A stretch of 64,000 bases of DNA from a virus. Each line of letters begins with the position of its first letter. Position 1 is the stretch's first letter. The translations under genes were made by a program, and so were the position numbers. This document shows positions 54,186-64,000 of this stretch, in pieces. A model generated the notes under the pieces. That model was given only the letters and a program-made list of their open reading frames with translations, was not told the DNA's origin and did not search any database. The stretch lies in IMG/VR virus record IMGVR_UViG_3300002092_001237, positions 43,690 through 107,689 of that record, one strand, 5' to 3'.

Positions 54186-56744
54186 TCAAGGCATTAAAAA
54201 ACCATCTAGATATCCACTGCCATACCAAGTTTGATTTTTAAACCCAGTTTTAGGAAAACGTGCAGTAGGGTGACCAGTTCCGCCGGCCAAGTGCAACCAA
54301 TTTGCACTGCCAGGTTTTTCAAGTATAACTAATCCTGCAGGTATACCGTTCTGTCGTACCCAAACAGCCATATCGTGATGTTTTTGACGATCATTACCCC
54401 ATTGTATATCTACTGCTGCGCCGCGGCCGTGATCGCCTGTTGGATTACTACCTCCGGGGCCACGGAAACCACTATTAAGTGTAAATCCGCCCTTACCGCC
54501 ATCGATGAGAGCATCGAGTATATTGGTCGCTATCCAGCTTAGTCCTGCGATAATCTGATCTACACTTAATCCGTTCTGCGCTACTATGGGATGTTTAAAG
54601 ATAGCAGCATTACTGAGCTGCCCTAGAGTGAAATGTTTTGATATCTTAGATCCGTACGGAATTTGTCCGTTGATCTGACCTTGTAATAGAGCAGGCTTAG
54701 CCGGTGACTCTGATCCGGTCTGCGGCTGTAATTCTGCATCGCTCGGTTTAGTGGTTGCTGCTCTATTCTTATCTTCGATTGGATTGTTATATCCCGGAGT
54801 CCCTCTCATCCTCGGAGGCACTGAACTGTTAATCTGACTCGATAGATTAGGAGGTAATAATCCAGCTAGTTGGCTACGAGGTATAATGTTTTCAGCTAAT
54901 CCTAAACTCTGTAGATTCTGTGTTATACCACTCAATGCTCCAACATTTCCAATCGATAGATTAGTTGGAATAATAGGTACCCTACCACTGACCAGTGTGC
55001 CAACTAACGAACTCAATGGATTGCTAGCAAACGATGACGCTGTTCCTAATACACTAGTCGGAATGCCGACGGGTACTCCTGCGGATTTTAATGCGACGTT
55101 AGCAGCTAATCCTAATACTTGCGAACTAACTGGTATACCGGCAATGTTTTTGTTTAATGCGACAGTCGACACTACGCCTACTACATTTGATATCATAGCA
55201 GTAGTAGAAGGATCAGTTCCTAATATATTGCTTGATAGATTACCCACAGCAGACCCAGCAGCTTGACCTAACATAGCATTTCCAAATGTTGATGCTATAT
55301 TAACAGGTATACCCCCGCTACCAACTGTACGTGATAGTGCCTGTGCTCCGAGCAATCCCGACATACCCGATATGCTACTTATACCCTGGCTACCTGTTCC
55401 GACTGATCGAAGTGCTTGGCTCGCAACCGCACCTAACGCTGCTCCTCCAACTAATTGTGTCAATCCCCCGAGGCTGATAGGACCTTTTGAAACTAAGCCT
55501 GCAACAGCTCCGATTGGTAATAGGCTTTTAAATAACGGGGGCAATAATGATGTAAATTTACCCAATGACGATGGACTAATATCAAACATTAATGCTTCCA
55601 TTCCTGGAACTACCGCCCTTGCATCTCTAACAGCACCGAAAGGCTGTGGTATCCCATTAGTTGGCATTCCTGGGCCACGAGCTGCTCCATCTGCTTGCTC
55701 ATCGTTATGAGCCGAAGTACCCATAGTCTTCATCGCTGCTTGTATATTATTAGCAGCAGTTCTAGCTTCGGGCGGGATAACTGTCATTGGAGTCCCGGCT
55801 GCTTTTTGTACTATATCCATCGGTCTAGCCGGGGGCTGTTCAGTAACGCTAGTTCCATTTACAGATACAGTCGATGGTAATCCACTGTTAGCAGCAGCAC
55901 TAGCCGCTAGATTTTTAGCATATGCACCAGCATCACCGATCTTATCGCCAACACTCATAAAACTGCTAACTTGTCCAACACCCTTGGCGGCATTTGCTAA
56001 ACTGCTCATGCCGACACTGGTAACTAATCCTTGGACAGCAGTTGGACTCATTCCTTGAGATAATTTGCTAGCTAATCCTGCTAAGTTGCCGCCAGCTGAT
56101 AACGAAGCAATCGAGGGTAATGATCCAACCCCTGGTATACCTTTCATAACATTAGATAATTGATCACCTGGTATAGAATTTAGAACACTACCGAGTTCTT
56201 TTGAAGCAGTAGCACCAGCGGCATCAGTCGCTGAGCTAAACATCTTTCCAGTATCGGTTACCCCTCCTAAAGATGAATTAACTGAATTGCTTAGATTACC
56301 TAGTTCAGGATTATTAGTTAAAGCACTAGAACTAAAAGTAGTATCTCCGCTATTTGCAACCGCCTGATCAATGCTTGATTGAGATGGCGCAGCATCGGGT
56401 TGTATTGAAGGAGCAGTTGCACCGGGCACTGGGTTTCCGGAGTCGTCCCATATTTGATTATTTGATGAATTGCTATCATTAGTAACAACATTAGTTGATT
56501 GGGTCGAAAAAGCTGCACTAGATTCCGGATTAGGATTACTTCTATCAAATGTTATAGTATTACCCATATCATCCTGTATAGTCGTCATATTACTCGTAGC
56601 AGTTGGTTGATTAACCACAGCAGTGTTATTTATGCTATTTGACATAGCACTTGCTTTAGCATTTTCTCGTGCTGCTTCGGCTGCTGCATCTGCTTCGGCC
56701 TTGGCTGAAATCTCTGCGTTAAATTGTTCTAATGCTGATACCAT
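54186..56744 (-). CDS. Ser/Gly/Ala-rich virion protein with C-terminal peptidase M15-like domain
   Basis: SKHFTLGQL..NSGFR..HGRGAAVDI..WLHL; start MVSALE just after GATAAATA. Confidence 0.65.
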   Translation of the reverse strand: MVSALEQFNAEISAKAEADAAAEAARENAKASAMSNSINNTAVVNQPTATSNMTTIQDDMGNTITFDRSNPNPESSAAFSTQSTNVVTNDSNSSNNQIWDDSGNPVPGATAPSIQPDAAPSQSSIDQAVANSGDTTFSSSALTNNPELGNLSNSVNSSLGGVTDTGKMFSSATDAAGATASKELGSVLNSIPGDQLSNVMKGIPGVGSLPSIASLSAGGNLAGLASKLSQGMSPTAVQGLVTSVGMSSLANAAKGVGQVSSFMSVGDKIGDAGAYAKNLAASAAANSGLPSTVSVNGTSVTEQPPARPMDIVQKAAGTPMTVIPPEARTAANNIQAAMKTMGTSAHNDEQADGAARGPGMPTNGIPQPFGAVRDARAVVPGMEALMFDISPSSLGKFTSLLPPLFKSLLPIGAVAGLVSKGPISLGGLTQLVGGAALGAVASQALRSVGTGSQGISSISGMSGLLGAQALSRTVGSGGIPVNIASTFGNAMLGQAAGSAVGNLSSNILGTDPSTTAMISNVVGVVSTVALNKNIAGIPVSSQVLGLAANVALKSAGVPVGIPTSVLGTASSFASNPLSSLVGTLVSGRVPIIPTNLSIGNVGALSGITQNLQSLGLAENIIPRSQLAGLLPPNLSSQINSSVPPRMRGTPGYNNPIEDKNRAATTKPSDAELQPQTGSESPAKPALLQGQINGQIPYGSKISKHFTLGQLSNAAIFKHPIVAQNGLSVDQIIAGLSWIATNILDALIDGGKGGFTLNSGFRGPGGSNPTGDHGRGAAVDIQWGNDRQKHHDMAVWVRQNGIPAGLVILEKPGSANWLHLAGGTGHPTARFPKTGFKNQTWYGSGYLDGFLMP

Positions 56745-56781
56745 AACAATATTTATCATAGATTTTAGTGATAAATACTCC

Positions 56782-57084
56782 ATGAGTCAATTATGGGCAG
56801 TACAAGGTGATGCTGATAGTCACGGTGGTGGTGCATTAAACGCCGATGCCGATTCATCTCCACACACTGTATTCATCAATAATCTACCAGTAGTGGTTAA
56901 TCTAAGCCATGCTGCTGCTGATAGTTTATGTAGACCGCAAGATACTCCGCATTGTGATCCCTACACTACTAGCGGAAGTGGTACAGTTACTTGTTATGGA
57001 AAACCGGTACACAGAAACGGCGATAGCCGCGTTTGTGGCGCGACTACGGTAGTTACTCATCAAACAACTGTATTTGTTGGTTAA
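56782..57084 (+). CDS. PAAR-like spike tip protein
   Basis: AVQGD..HGGG..TVFINNLPV..H..GSGTV..GKPVHRNGD..CG. Confidence 0.85.
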   Translation: MSQLWAVQGDADSHGGGALNADADSSPHTVFINNLPVVVNLSHAAADSLCRPQDTPHCDPYTTSGSGTVTCYGKPVHRNGDSRVCGATTVVTHQTTVFVG

Positions 57085-57395
57085 ATTAATTTTCCTAAAA
57101 TACTAGATGATGCAGGCTGTATGCTCGATGTGCCTTTAATATATTGGTTAGCTGTCTGCTTATCAGTTTGTGCCATAGCAATAACGGCAGTTTTAGGTAT
57201 GTCAATATTTCCTTCGATTTCTGCAGTGAATAAAAACGGAGTCATAGCGACTCCATTTGCTGTTACCGATAATACAAGAGGCTTGTATACTTTATAGGCA
57301 AAAGCACTATCTTCTGTTAACCGTGTTATAACTTCTTCACCAGTTACTAGTTTTAAGGTGTAGATTTCACCTAGTTTAACTTTCTCTAAAATCAT
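57081..57395 (-). CDS. hypothetical protein (Sm-like, common in T4-like phages)
   Basis: TLKLVTGEEVI motif. Confidence 0.65.
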   Translation of the reverse strand: MILEKVKLGEIYTLKLVTGEEVITRLTEDSAFAYKVYKPLVLSVTANGVAMTPFLFTAEIEGNIDIPKTAVIAMAQTDKQTANQYIKGTSSIQPASSSILGKLI

Positions 57396-57655
57396 GCTGC
57401 TAAATCTCTTTTTTCTATCTGTTCTTTGAGTACTTCTGGATCTTGTTTTGAAAGACCAGTATATCCACCTTCTACTAGCAAATCACCATCTAGATATAAT
57501 TGTGGAACTGTCTTATGTCCCCTTTCTCTGATGAAACTTAAAGCTGCTTCATCTTCTAAAACATTAATGGTTATATAAGGTATACCATTTTTTTCTAACC
57601 AAATTTTAGAACGGTCACAGTAAGGGCAGTTGGGTTTGCTATATAATGTTATCAT
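57392..57655 (-). CDS. glutaredoxin
   Basis: CPYC, TVPQ, GGY. Confidence 0.92.
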   Translation of the reverse strand: MITLYSKPNCPYCDRSKIWLEKNGIPYITINVLEDEAALSFIRERGHKTVPQLYLDGDLLVEGGYTGLSKQDPEVLKEQIEKRDLAA

Positions 57656-57665
57656 CGCTTTCTCC

Positions 57666-58766
57666 TTATAAAGAAAAGCCTGCGAAGCTCTTCTCATCTA
57701 CATCTTGTTTTACTGCCCCTACGATATAGGAACTTAGTTCTACTTCTTGAGGAGCAACTTGCACATCTGCACCTGAGATCCATTTCTGTGTCCAGGGCAA
57801 CGGATTTGATCCGCCCTTGTACTTAGTCGGCAAGCTAACGGCTGTCATGCGCTTATTAGCTATCCAGTCTACATATTCGCATAGTAGTTGATAGTTAAGT
57901 CCAATCATGCTACCGTCTTTGAACAGATATTCTGCCCATTTCTTTTCTTGATTAACAGCATCATCAAACATCTTAATGGCTTCAGTTTGACATTCCTGTT
58001 CGATCTTAGCATAATCTGGATCATCTTTAGGAAGTATTTTTAATAGCATCTGTGTGCTGGCTAGATGTAGATTTTCATCACGTGCGATAAACTTAATAAT
58101 CTTAGCATTACCTTCCATCTTCTTAACTTCAGCGAATGCCCATGAACAAGCAAAGCTAACATAGAACCGAACACCTTCTAAGATGTTTACGCTCATTAAG
58201 CAGAGCCAGATTAATTTTTTATGTTGGTACGCATCATAGTCTGGAGCATTAGTGGCCATCTTGTTATTCATAGTAATAAGATCATCATAATATTTGCTAA
58301 TATCACCAGCACAATCTACGATTTCTTCGATATCCATCATCTCATCAAATATCTTACTAGGGTTGCTATAGATGTTGCGGATGATATGTGTATAGCTGCG
58401 ACTATGGATAGTTTCACTAAACGTCCAAGTAGTAATCCAAGTCTCTAATTCTGGAAGGCTAACGACTGGCCCAAATGCTACTGTTGGCGCACGACCTTGT
58501 ACACTATCTAATAGTATCTGACGTTTTAGATTACTTGTGAAAATGTGTTGTTCGTGTGCTGTAAGATCTTTGAAATCTTTAGCATCACGTAGGATATCAA
58601 CTTCAGTTGGTTGCCAAAAGAATCCCAACTGTTTTTCGGTTAGTTTATCAAATTGTTTATATTTCATAGTGTCATAGCGTTGGATAGTTACTCCACCATT
58701 TGGATCTAAGAACGCTAGTGACTCGGTGTGCTTGCTACGATTGGTGCTGTCAAATATTGAACTCAT
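57666..58766 (-). CDS. nrdB: ribonucleotide reductase class Ia beta subunit
   Basis: FFWQPTEV, SETIHSRSY, LEGVRFYVSF, RDENLH. Confidence 0.96.
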   Translation of the reverse strand: MSSIFDSTNRSKHTESLAFLDPNGGVTIQRYDTMKYKQFDKLTEKQLGFFWQPTEVDILRDAKDFKDLTAHEQHIFTSNLKRQILLDSVQGRAPTVAFGPVVSLPELETWITTWTFSETIHSRSYTHIIRNIYSNPSKIFDEMMDIEEIVDCAGDISKYYDDLITMNNKMATNAPDYDAYQHKKLIWLCLMSVNILEGVRFYVSFACSWAFAEVKKMEGNAKIIKFIARDENLHLASTQMLLKILPKDDPDYAKIEQECQTEAIKMFDDAVNQEKKWAEYLFKDGSMIGLNYQLLCEYVDWIANKRMTAVSLPTKYKGGSNPLPWTQKWISGADVQVAPQEVELSSYIVGAVKQDVDEKSFAGFSL

Positions 58767-58801
58767 TTTCTTTACCTCTGTATGTATATTAGCAGATAGA
58801 T

Positions 58802-61102
58802 TTAGATAGTGCAACCTTCGCAGTCATCCTGCGGAGGTAAATCATCTAGTGGTTGATCATCTGTAGTTTTGTGTACATTGATCTCACCCTGCCCATCAAA
58901 GGTATTGAAGTAGTAGAGTTGCTTGCCGCCGTACTTGTAAAACTGTAGTATGTGCTTGAGCATTTCGCTTAGTGGAATCTTTTCATCTTCGTAAAATTGT
59001 GGATTATATGAAGTATTAACACTGATGCCTTGATCGATATATTTCTGTAATACAGCACAGATATTGAGGTATCCTTCTGGGCTCTTTTGATCCCATAGTA
59101 GTTCATACTTGTTCTTTAATTTTTTAAATTCTGGAACGACCTGTTTCAATACACCATGTTTGCTCTGCTTGATGCTAATCAAACTACGTGGTGGTTCGAT
59201 ACCATTTGTCGCATTGGCTATCTGAGCACTTGTTTCAGCAGGCATCAATGCCATCAATGTAGCATTGCGTATACCATGTGTCTTTAGATCTTCTCTCAAT
59301 GAATCCCAAGGCATACGTTCAACGTGTGGTACTAGTTCATCGATGTCACGCTTGCGTGTATCGATTGGCACTATACCTTTGGCATATTTGGTATCTTCTG
59401 GTTTACCGCATGGGCCCTGTTCTTTTGCCAAATTAACACTAGCACGGATTAGATAATAACTCATCGCTTCCATGTATTCGTCGACTTTAGGCAATGCTGC
59501 TGGATTGCTATAGCTAAGATCGTTCTTAGCTAACCAATAGGCTAGATTAATAATACCAACACCTAGAGGACGATGTTCTTTAGTTGCTAATTCTGCTGCT
59601 AATACAGGATAGTCTTGATAACTTAACAGTGCATCTAATCCTCGCACTGCTAGTTCGCAGGGTTTTTCAAAGTCTTTGGGTTCTTTGATAGTCCCCCAAT
59701 TAATCGCCGACAGTGTGCATAATGCTATACGTCCTTGATCATCGAATAAGTGTGTTAGTGGTTTAGTAGGCAGGTCAATCTCGGCGCATAAGTTGCTCTG
59801 TCTGATTGGAGCCACAGTTTCGTCGAAACTGCTGTGTGTGTTTGCGTTGTCTACATTTTGTAGATATATACGCCCGGTATCTTTACGTTCTTGCATAAAA
59901 GCCGAGAACAGATCGATAGCTTTGAGTTTCTTCTTTCTCAGCTTCGGATTGTTCTCGGCTTTCTCATACAGTTCTGCAAAACGATCCTGATCGTTAAAGA
60001 ATGCTGTATACATGTCTGGCACATCATTTGGACTGAATAAAGTAATGTCACCTCCTTGGATCAAACGTTGATAGAACAGTTTATTAAACTGCACCCCATA
60101 GTCCATATGTCGAACCCTGTTATCTTCTACGCCCTTGTTATTCTTAAGGACCATTAGATCTTCTACCTCATAGTGCCAAATGGGGTAGTAGAGGGTAGCA
60201 GCGCCATTACGGACGCCGCCTTGGCTACAGGATCGCACTGCTGCTTGGAACATCTTTAAGAATGGCACAACGCCAGTGTGGCTTGCATCTCCATTACGAA
60301 TAGGTGAACCAATAGCACGGATCCTTCCAGCACCAATCCCTATGCCAGCTTTTTGGCTAACATATTTTACGATGGCGCTGGTTGTCGCATTGATCGAATC
60401 TAGGCTGTCGTCCGTCTCGATCAATACGCAACTACTGAACTGTCTCTGTGGTGTTCTTACACCAGCCATGACAGGTGTTGGTAAACTGATATCATGTGTC
60501 GATATCGCTTCATAATAATCACGTATCCACTGCATACGTGTTTCTCGTGGATATTTGTTGAATAGTGTAGCTGCTATCAAGATATAGCAGATCTGTGGTG
60601 TTTCTAGTATCTGTCCTGTGACACGATTCTGTACTAGATATTTTCCACGTAGCTGTTCCATAGCAACATAGGTTAAATCCATATCTCTATCATGTTTAAT
60701 GAAATTATTAAGTCTTTCCCATTCGCTAGCATCATACCAATCTAGTAATTCTTTAGTATAATAGCCTAGGTCTATATTTTTCTTAACTAACTCTAAAAGA
60801 TGTAAAGGCTTATATCCATCGTATACTTCTTTACGCAGGGAATAATTAATAAGTCTACCTGCGACATATTGATAATTTGGAGTTTCTTCGGTTATTAGAT
60901 CTGCTGCTGCTTTGATCAGTGTCTCTTGGACATCTTTAGTTTTAATGTTGTTATAGAATTGCAGTTGGCTTCTTATTTCTAGCTCGCTCGGACTAACATT
61001 GTTTAGTCCTTCGGTTGCCCAAAACACTACTCTATGTAGTTTCTCTAGGTTTAATTCTTCTTTACGTCCGTCTCTCTTAATAACCGTTATGCGCGAGCTC
61101 AT
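58802..61102 (-). CDS. nrdA: ribonucleotide reductase class Ia alpha subunit
   Basis: ATP cone, SSCVL, SNLCAEI, LYY, C-terminal CEGC. Confidence 0.97.
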   Translation of the reverse strand: MSSRITVIKRDGRKEELNLEKLHRVVFWATEGLNNVSPSELEIRSQLQFYNNIKTKDVQETLIKAAADLITEETPNYQYVAGRLINYSLRKEVYDGYKPLHLLELVKKNIDLGYYTKELLDWYDASEWERLNNFIKHDRDMDLTYVAMEQLRGKYLVQNRVTGQILETPQICYILIAATLFNKYPRETRMQWIRDYYEAISTHDISLPTPVMAGVRTPQRQFSSCVLIETDDSLDSINATTSAIVKYVSQKAGIGIGAGRIRAIGSPIRNGDASHTGVVPFLKMFQAAVRSCSQGGVRNGAATLYYPIWHYEVEDLMVLKNNKGVEDNRVRHMDYGVQFNKLFYQRLIQGGDITLFSPNDVPDMYTAFFNDQDRFAELYEKAENNPKLRKKKLKAIDLFSAFMQERKDTGRIYLQNVDNANTHSSFDETVAPIRQSNLCAEIDLPTKPLTHLFDDQGRIALCTLSAINWGTIKEPKDFEKPCELAVRGLDALLSYQDYPVLAAELATKEHRPLGVGIINLAYWLAKNDLSYSNPAALPKVDEYMEAMSYYLIRASVNLAKEQGPCGKPEDTKYAKGIVPIDTRKRDIDELVPHVERMPWDSLREDLKTHGIRNATLMALMPAETSAQIANATNGIEPPRSLISIKQSKHGVLKQVVPEFKKLKNKYELLWDQKSPEGYLNICAVLQKYIDQGISVNTSYNPQFYEDEKIPLSEMLKHILQFYKYGGKQLYYFNTFDGQGEINVHKTTDDQPLDDLPPQDDCEGCTI

Positions 61103-61210
61103 TGTTTCCCTCAATATCTCTATGTAGTATATAATCAATCCAGCAGGATGTCTATCATATAGTTAACTTTTATTGTGGTAGTATGGGTCTGATTTGATAT
61201 TTATCGCTCA

Positions 61211-62866
61211 TCACATTGTCAACATGCGATAAGAATAGTTCATAGTCCCAAACCCATTTCCGGTAGGGTTTAGATATTTTATCGCCAATGTATCGTGCGT
61301 ACTATCATCGAGATTATTCTGTATTTCTACAAAGAAAGATATATTTTCTACACTAGCATCACCAATATAATTATAGTTATCGTTGATATGACCTGTCTTT
61401 GACGACATATCAGTAGTTACGGTCATTGAACCAGTTCTAACAGCATATCCGTTACCGCCTTGTGAGTTTTTACTTATAACATAATCTATAATATAAACAG
61501 CAGATTTGAAGAAAGGAAAACGCAATAATGATTGAGGAAGTACTGCTGCTAACGCTTCTATAACTACTTGATATCCGGTATTATCGTGTATCATCGAACT
61601 GGTTTGTACAGTCGGAATAAATGGATAGACAGAGTTACTGGCGGCATTCTTTAATACTTTGTTTCTATTAAAGAAATCATCGGTACTTGTATTGTTTTCG
61701 GTTACAAATAGCACAACAGGATATATCGCACTAGTATCACTATTGCTTAGATTGCCAACATTCATGTAGGTGTTTGACGATGATGAATTTCCATACCCTT
61801 TTTTAACCCTAAATCCATATCGATCGATCTGATCAAAATAGCATCTAGAAACCTTAGTTCCTATTGATCCCGAAACACCACCACCAACATCTATCCCTGA
61901 CGATAATATCTGGAATCGACAATTATCAAATTGTACGTTTAAGTGATCGCCATATGCGTCACTATATGCACCAATTCCGGTTTTATAAAAATCACAATTT
62001 CGAAAAATAACAGAATTGGTGCTAAAAGCAGAACTAGTTCCTCGTATATTAACACCAACCTGACTATCGTTATATGTTGATCCATTGGTATATATACCTT
62101 CAAATTTCACACGATCAAACGAAGTTAATTCAGTGTTATCTAGATAAAGTATAGTATTTGCAAAAGTAGTCTTTAGAGTTATTCCAGAAATAAAGATCTT
62201 TCTAGGCCATGTTGATTCACTATTAAGGGTAGTAGTACTGTTCATACTAGTAAATGGAAGATAACCAGTTGGATATTGATTTGTAAAACTAATAGCATCA
62301 ATCATACGGAATACACCACATCCTGCAGTATTTCTAGAAGTTTGTTTTATAATAGTACTATCAATTCCTGCACCAACGATATGTGCGTGAGGCGGTATTC
62401 GTATCTCATCGTGTATAATATATACACCCGGTTCCATATAAAGGATAACACGATCCGATGGATTAATATTAAATAGGAATAATTCATTTATAGCTTGCTG
62501 TAGAGCAACAGTAACATCTGTCGTACCATCGCCGAATACTCCGAATGCTCTTACGCTAACAATATCATCTAAACGTTCCTGTAGGGAACGTTGAAATGGT
62601 GCAGTAGTTGAAACACCAGTTTGGATATGAGTATCGTTACGGCGGTATTGATACAGATCCATCAATTCCATTATATCAGTGTGTTCGGTTAATAGTTCTG
62701 TATTACCAACGGCAGGAGCACCTTCGCTTACTGCACCATTACCAATATAAAGTTGTTGAGTATCAATCGCCCAACCTAATTCACCACTGGCTAATTGTGG
62801 GAAACCAGTCTGTGAATTCTTCTTACCTCTACGTTGCTGAATTCTCGAAATTTGAATTACCGACAC
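61211..62866 (-). CDS. virion tail protein with pectate-lyase-like beta-helix
   Basis: QQRRG..LASGELGWAIDT..LYIGNG head; FGVFGDGTTDVT.ALQ.AI. Confidence 0.7.
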   Translation of the reverse strand: MSVIQISRIQQRRGKKNSQTGFPQLASGELGWAIDTQQLYIGNGAVSEGAPAVGNTELLTEHTDIMELMDLYQYRRNDTHIQTGVSTTAPFQRSLQERLDDIVSVRAFGVFGDGTTDVTVALQQAINELFLFNINPSDRVILYMEPGVYIIHDEIRIPPHAHIVGAGIDSTIIKQTSRNTAGCGVFRMIDAISFTNQYPTGYLPFTSMNSTTTLNSESTWPRKIFISGITLKTTFANTILYLDNTELTSFDRVKFEGIYTNGSTYNDSQVGVNIRGTSSAFSTNSVIFRNCDFYKTGIGAYSDAYGDHLNVQFDNCRFQILSSGIDVGGGVSGSIGTKVSRCYFDQIDRYGFRVKKGYGNSSSSNTYMNVGNLSNSDTSAIYPVVLFVTENNTSTDDFFNRNKVLKNAASNSVYPFIPTVQTSSMIHDNTGYQVVIEALAAVLPQSLLRFPFFKSAVYIIDYVISKNSQGGNGYAVRTGSMTVTTDMSSKTGHINDNYNYIGDASVENISFFVEIQNNLDDSTHDTLAIKYLNPTGNGFGTMNYSYRMLTM

Positions 62867-62867
62867 A

Positions 62868-63578
62868 CTATTTCTCCACTATATCTTCATTATATTTATC
62901 GAACCATTCTCTCTTTCCGTTTACCAATTTCCACGTGCGACCTCGACAAGTATCATTTGGGCGACTTATATTTCGATTATTTTCATATGGTAATAAAGGA
63001 GGCATATCTGATCTTCGTATTCGCCAGCCTTTTGTTTGTTTTTGATATAGTCTACTTGTAGGTGAGTTAAGAGACGACGGCATAGATTTATCTACACCAT
63101 TTTCTTCACACCATTTTGATATATTTTGAACATATGTTTCAGTTGGATCGTTTATTTTACTAACATACCAGCCTTTGGTTCTTTTTGATGCTTGTCTATT
63201 ATGTAATTCTTTTTTTTGTTCTTTTGATAACGATTGAAACCAGAGTCTAGCAGCAGAAAAATTATCTGATTTATTTCCTCTTTTTTCATAATCTATAAAT
63301 TTACTTAAATCCCCACCTTCACCGCCTGATGCAATATTATAAGAATTTGGATCTACAACCGCATTAGTTTTAGAAATCCAATATTTTTCTCGATTGTTTA
63401 ATATTTCTTTTGAATCACAATACTCTAAAATAATCTTTTCAAAGTTTTCTTTACCATGCTTGTTTATAGCATTTTTAAGTTTTTTACCTGAACCTAAGTA
63501 ATAAGAATTTTCTTTTACCTGTTTTCCGATATACCATTTACCGTCTATTTTATTAATAACTTTATAGATGTACATCAT
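62868..63578 (-). CDS. GIY-YIG homing endonuclease (Seg-like)
   Basis: YIYKVINK..WYIGK..YLGSG..GKENF..REKYWI..YNIASGG. Confidence 0.85.
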   Translation of the reverse strand: MMYIYKVINKIDGKWYIGKQVKENSYYLGSGKKLKNAINKHGKENFEKIILEYCDSKEILNNREKYWISKTNAVVDPNSYNIASGGEGGDLSKFIDYEKRGNKSDNFSAARLWFQSLSKEQKKELHNRQASKRTKGWYVSKINDPTETYVQNISKWCEENGVDKSMPSSLNSPTSRLYQKQTKGWRIRRSDMPPLLPYENNRNISRPNDTCRGRTWKLVNGKREWFDKYNEDIVEK

Positions 63579-63608
63579 CTATTTATCTAGATATTTGTAC
63601 AATAGGCA

Positions 63609-64000
63609 TTAGTTGTTCAGGTAGTACTGCTCCACCCTGCGCCACCAACGATCTTTCCAATAATCATACTTGTCTGGTGTTAGATCAAACTGCTGATATT
63701 GGAAATCTTGGCTACACATGAAGATATGACCTTCACGTATGTTTGTGCCATGCACTTCGTTGTGTGCTTCGGCATAAGCCACTAATTGTAGATAATAATC
63801 TTCAACCCATTCTTCTTTCTTGGGCTTGTTAGTCTGCTTATAATCCATTATACATTCTTTACCTTTATACACACCCACTAGGTCAGTAGTTCCTGCGTAT
63901 ATCTTAGGAAAGAAAAGATTTACTTCCTGTCCCCAAGCTTCTTCTAGATCCACTAGTGCTTTTTCCTGTATCTTTTCTGCCATTTTACGGGCTTGTATAG
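63609..64000 (-). CDS. PD-(D/E)xK exonuclease (Cas4-like), 3' part
   Basis: EV.L..YAGTTDLV..IMDYKQT..YYLQLVAYA; frame open to window end. Confidence 0.8.
   Translation of the reverse strand, partial: IQARKMAEKIQEKALVDLEEAWGQEVNLFFPKIYAGTTDLVGVYKGKECIMDYKQTNKPKKEEWVEDYYLQLVAYAEAHNEVHGTNIREGHIFMCSQDFQYQQFDLTPDKYDYWKDRWWRRVEQYYLNN

Noticed and set aside
57666-61102. Introns or inteins in nrdA and nrdB
   Set aside because: Both have normal length and are uninterrupted

Overview
AT-rich, gene-dense segment of a large T4-like (myovirus or jumbo-type) phage genome, mostly coded on the minus strand with the standard genetic code. The host is inferred to be an alphaproteobacterium from a permuted two-piece tmRNA with an ANDN tag, a tRNA-His lacking G-1 with A73, an Omp25/RopB-like porin, and a hemO-pcyX pair. 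The window holds baseplate and tail genes, a lysis cassette, NrdAB, clamp loader, PhoH and MazG. It also carries a near-complete proteostasis kit (ClpA, ClpS, ClpP, DnaK, DnaJ, GroES, Hsp20, tmRNA), translation genes (bS21, IF-1, 22 tRNAs) and queuosine/7-deazaguanine genes (queC-like, queD, yhhQ). The most novel signals are RNA-level. A leader-peptide attenuator appears to gate the tRNA array, at least five structured non-tRNA RNAs sit between the tRNAs, a riboswitch-like pseudoknot lies before queD, and ROSE-like thermometers precede both hsp20 and dnaK. All calls come from reading the sequence by eye; no database searches or folding programs were run.
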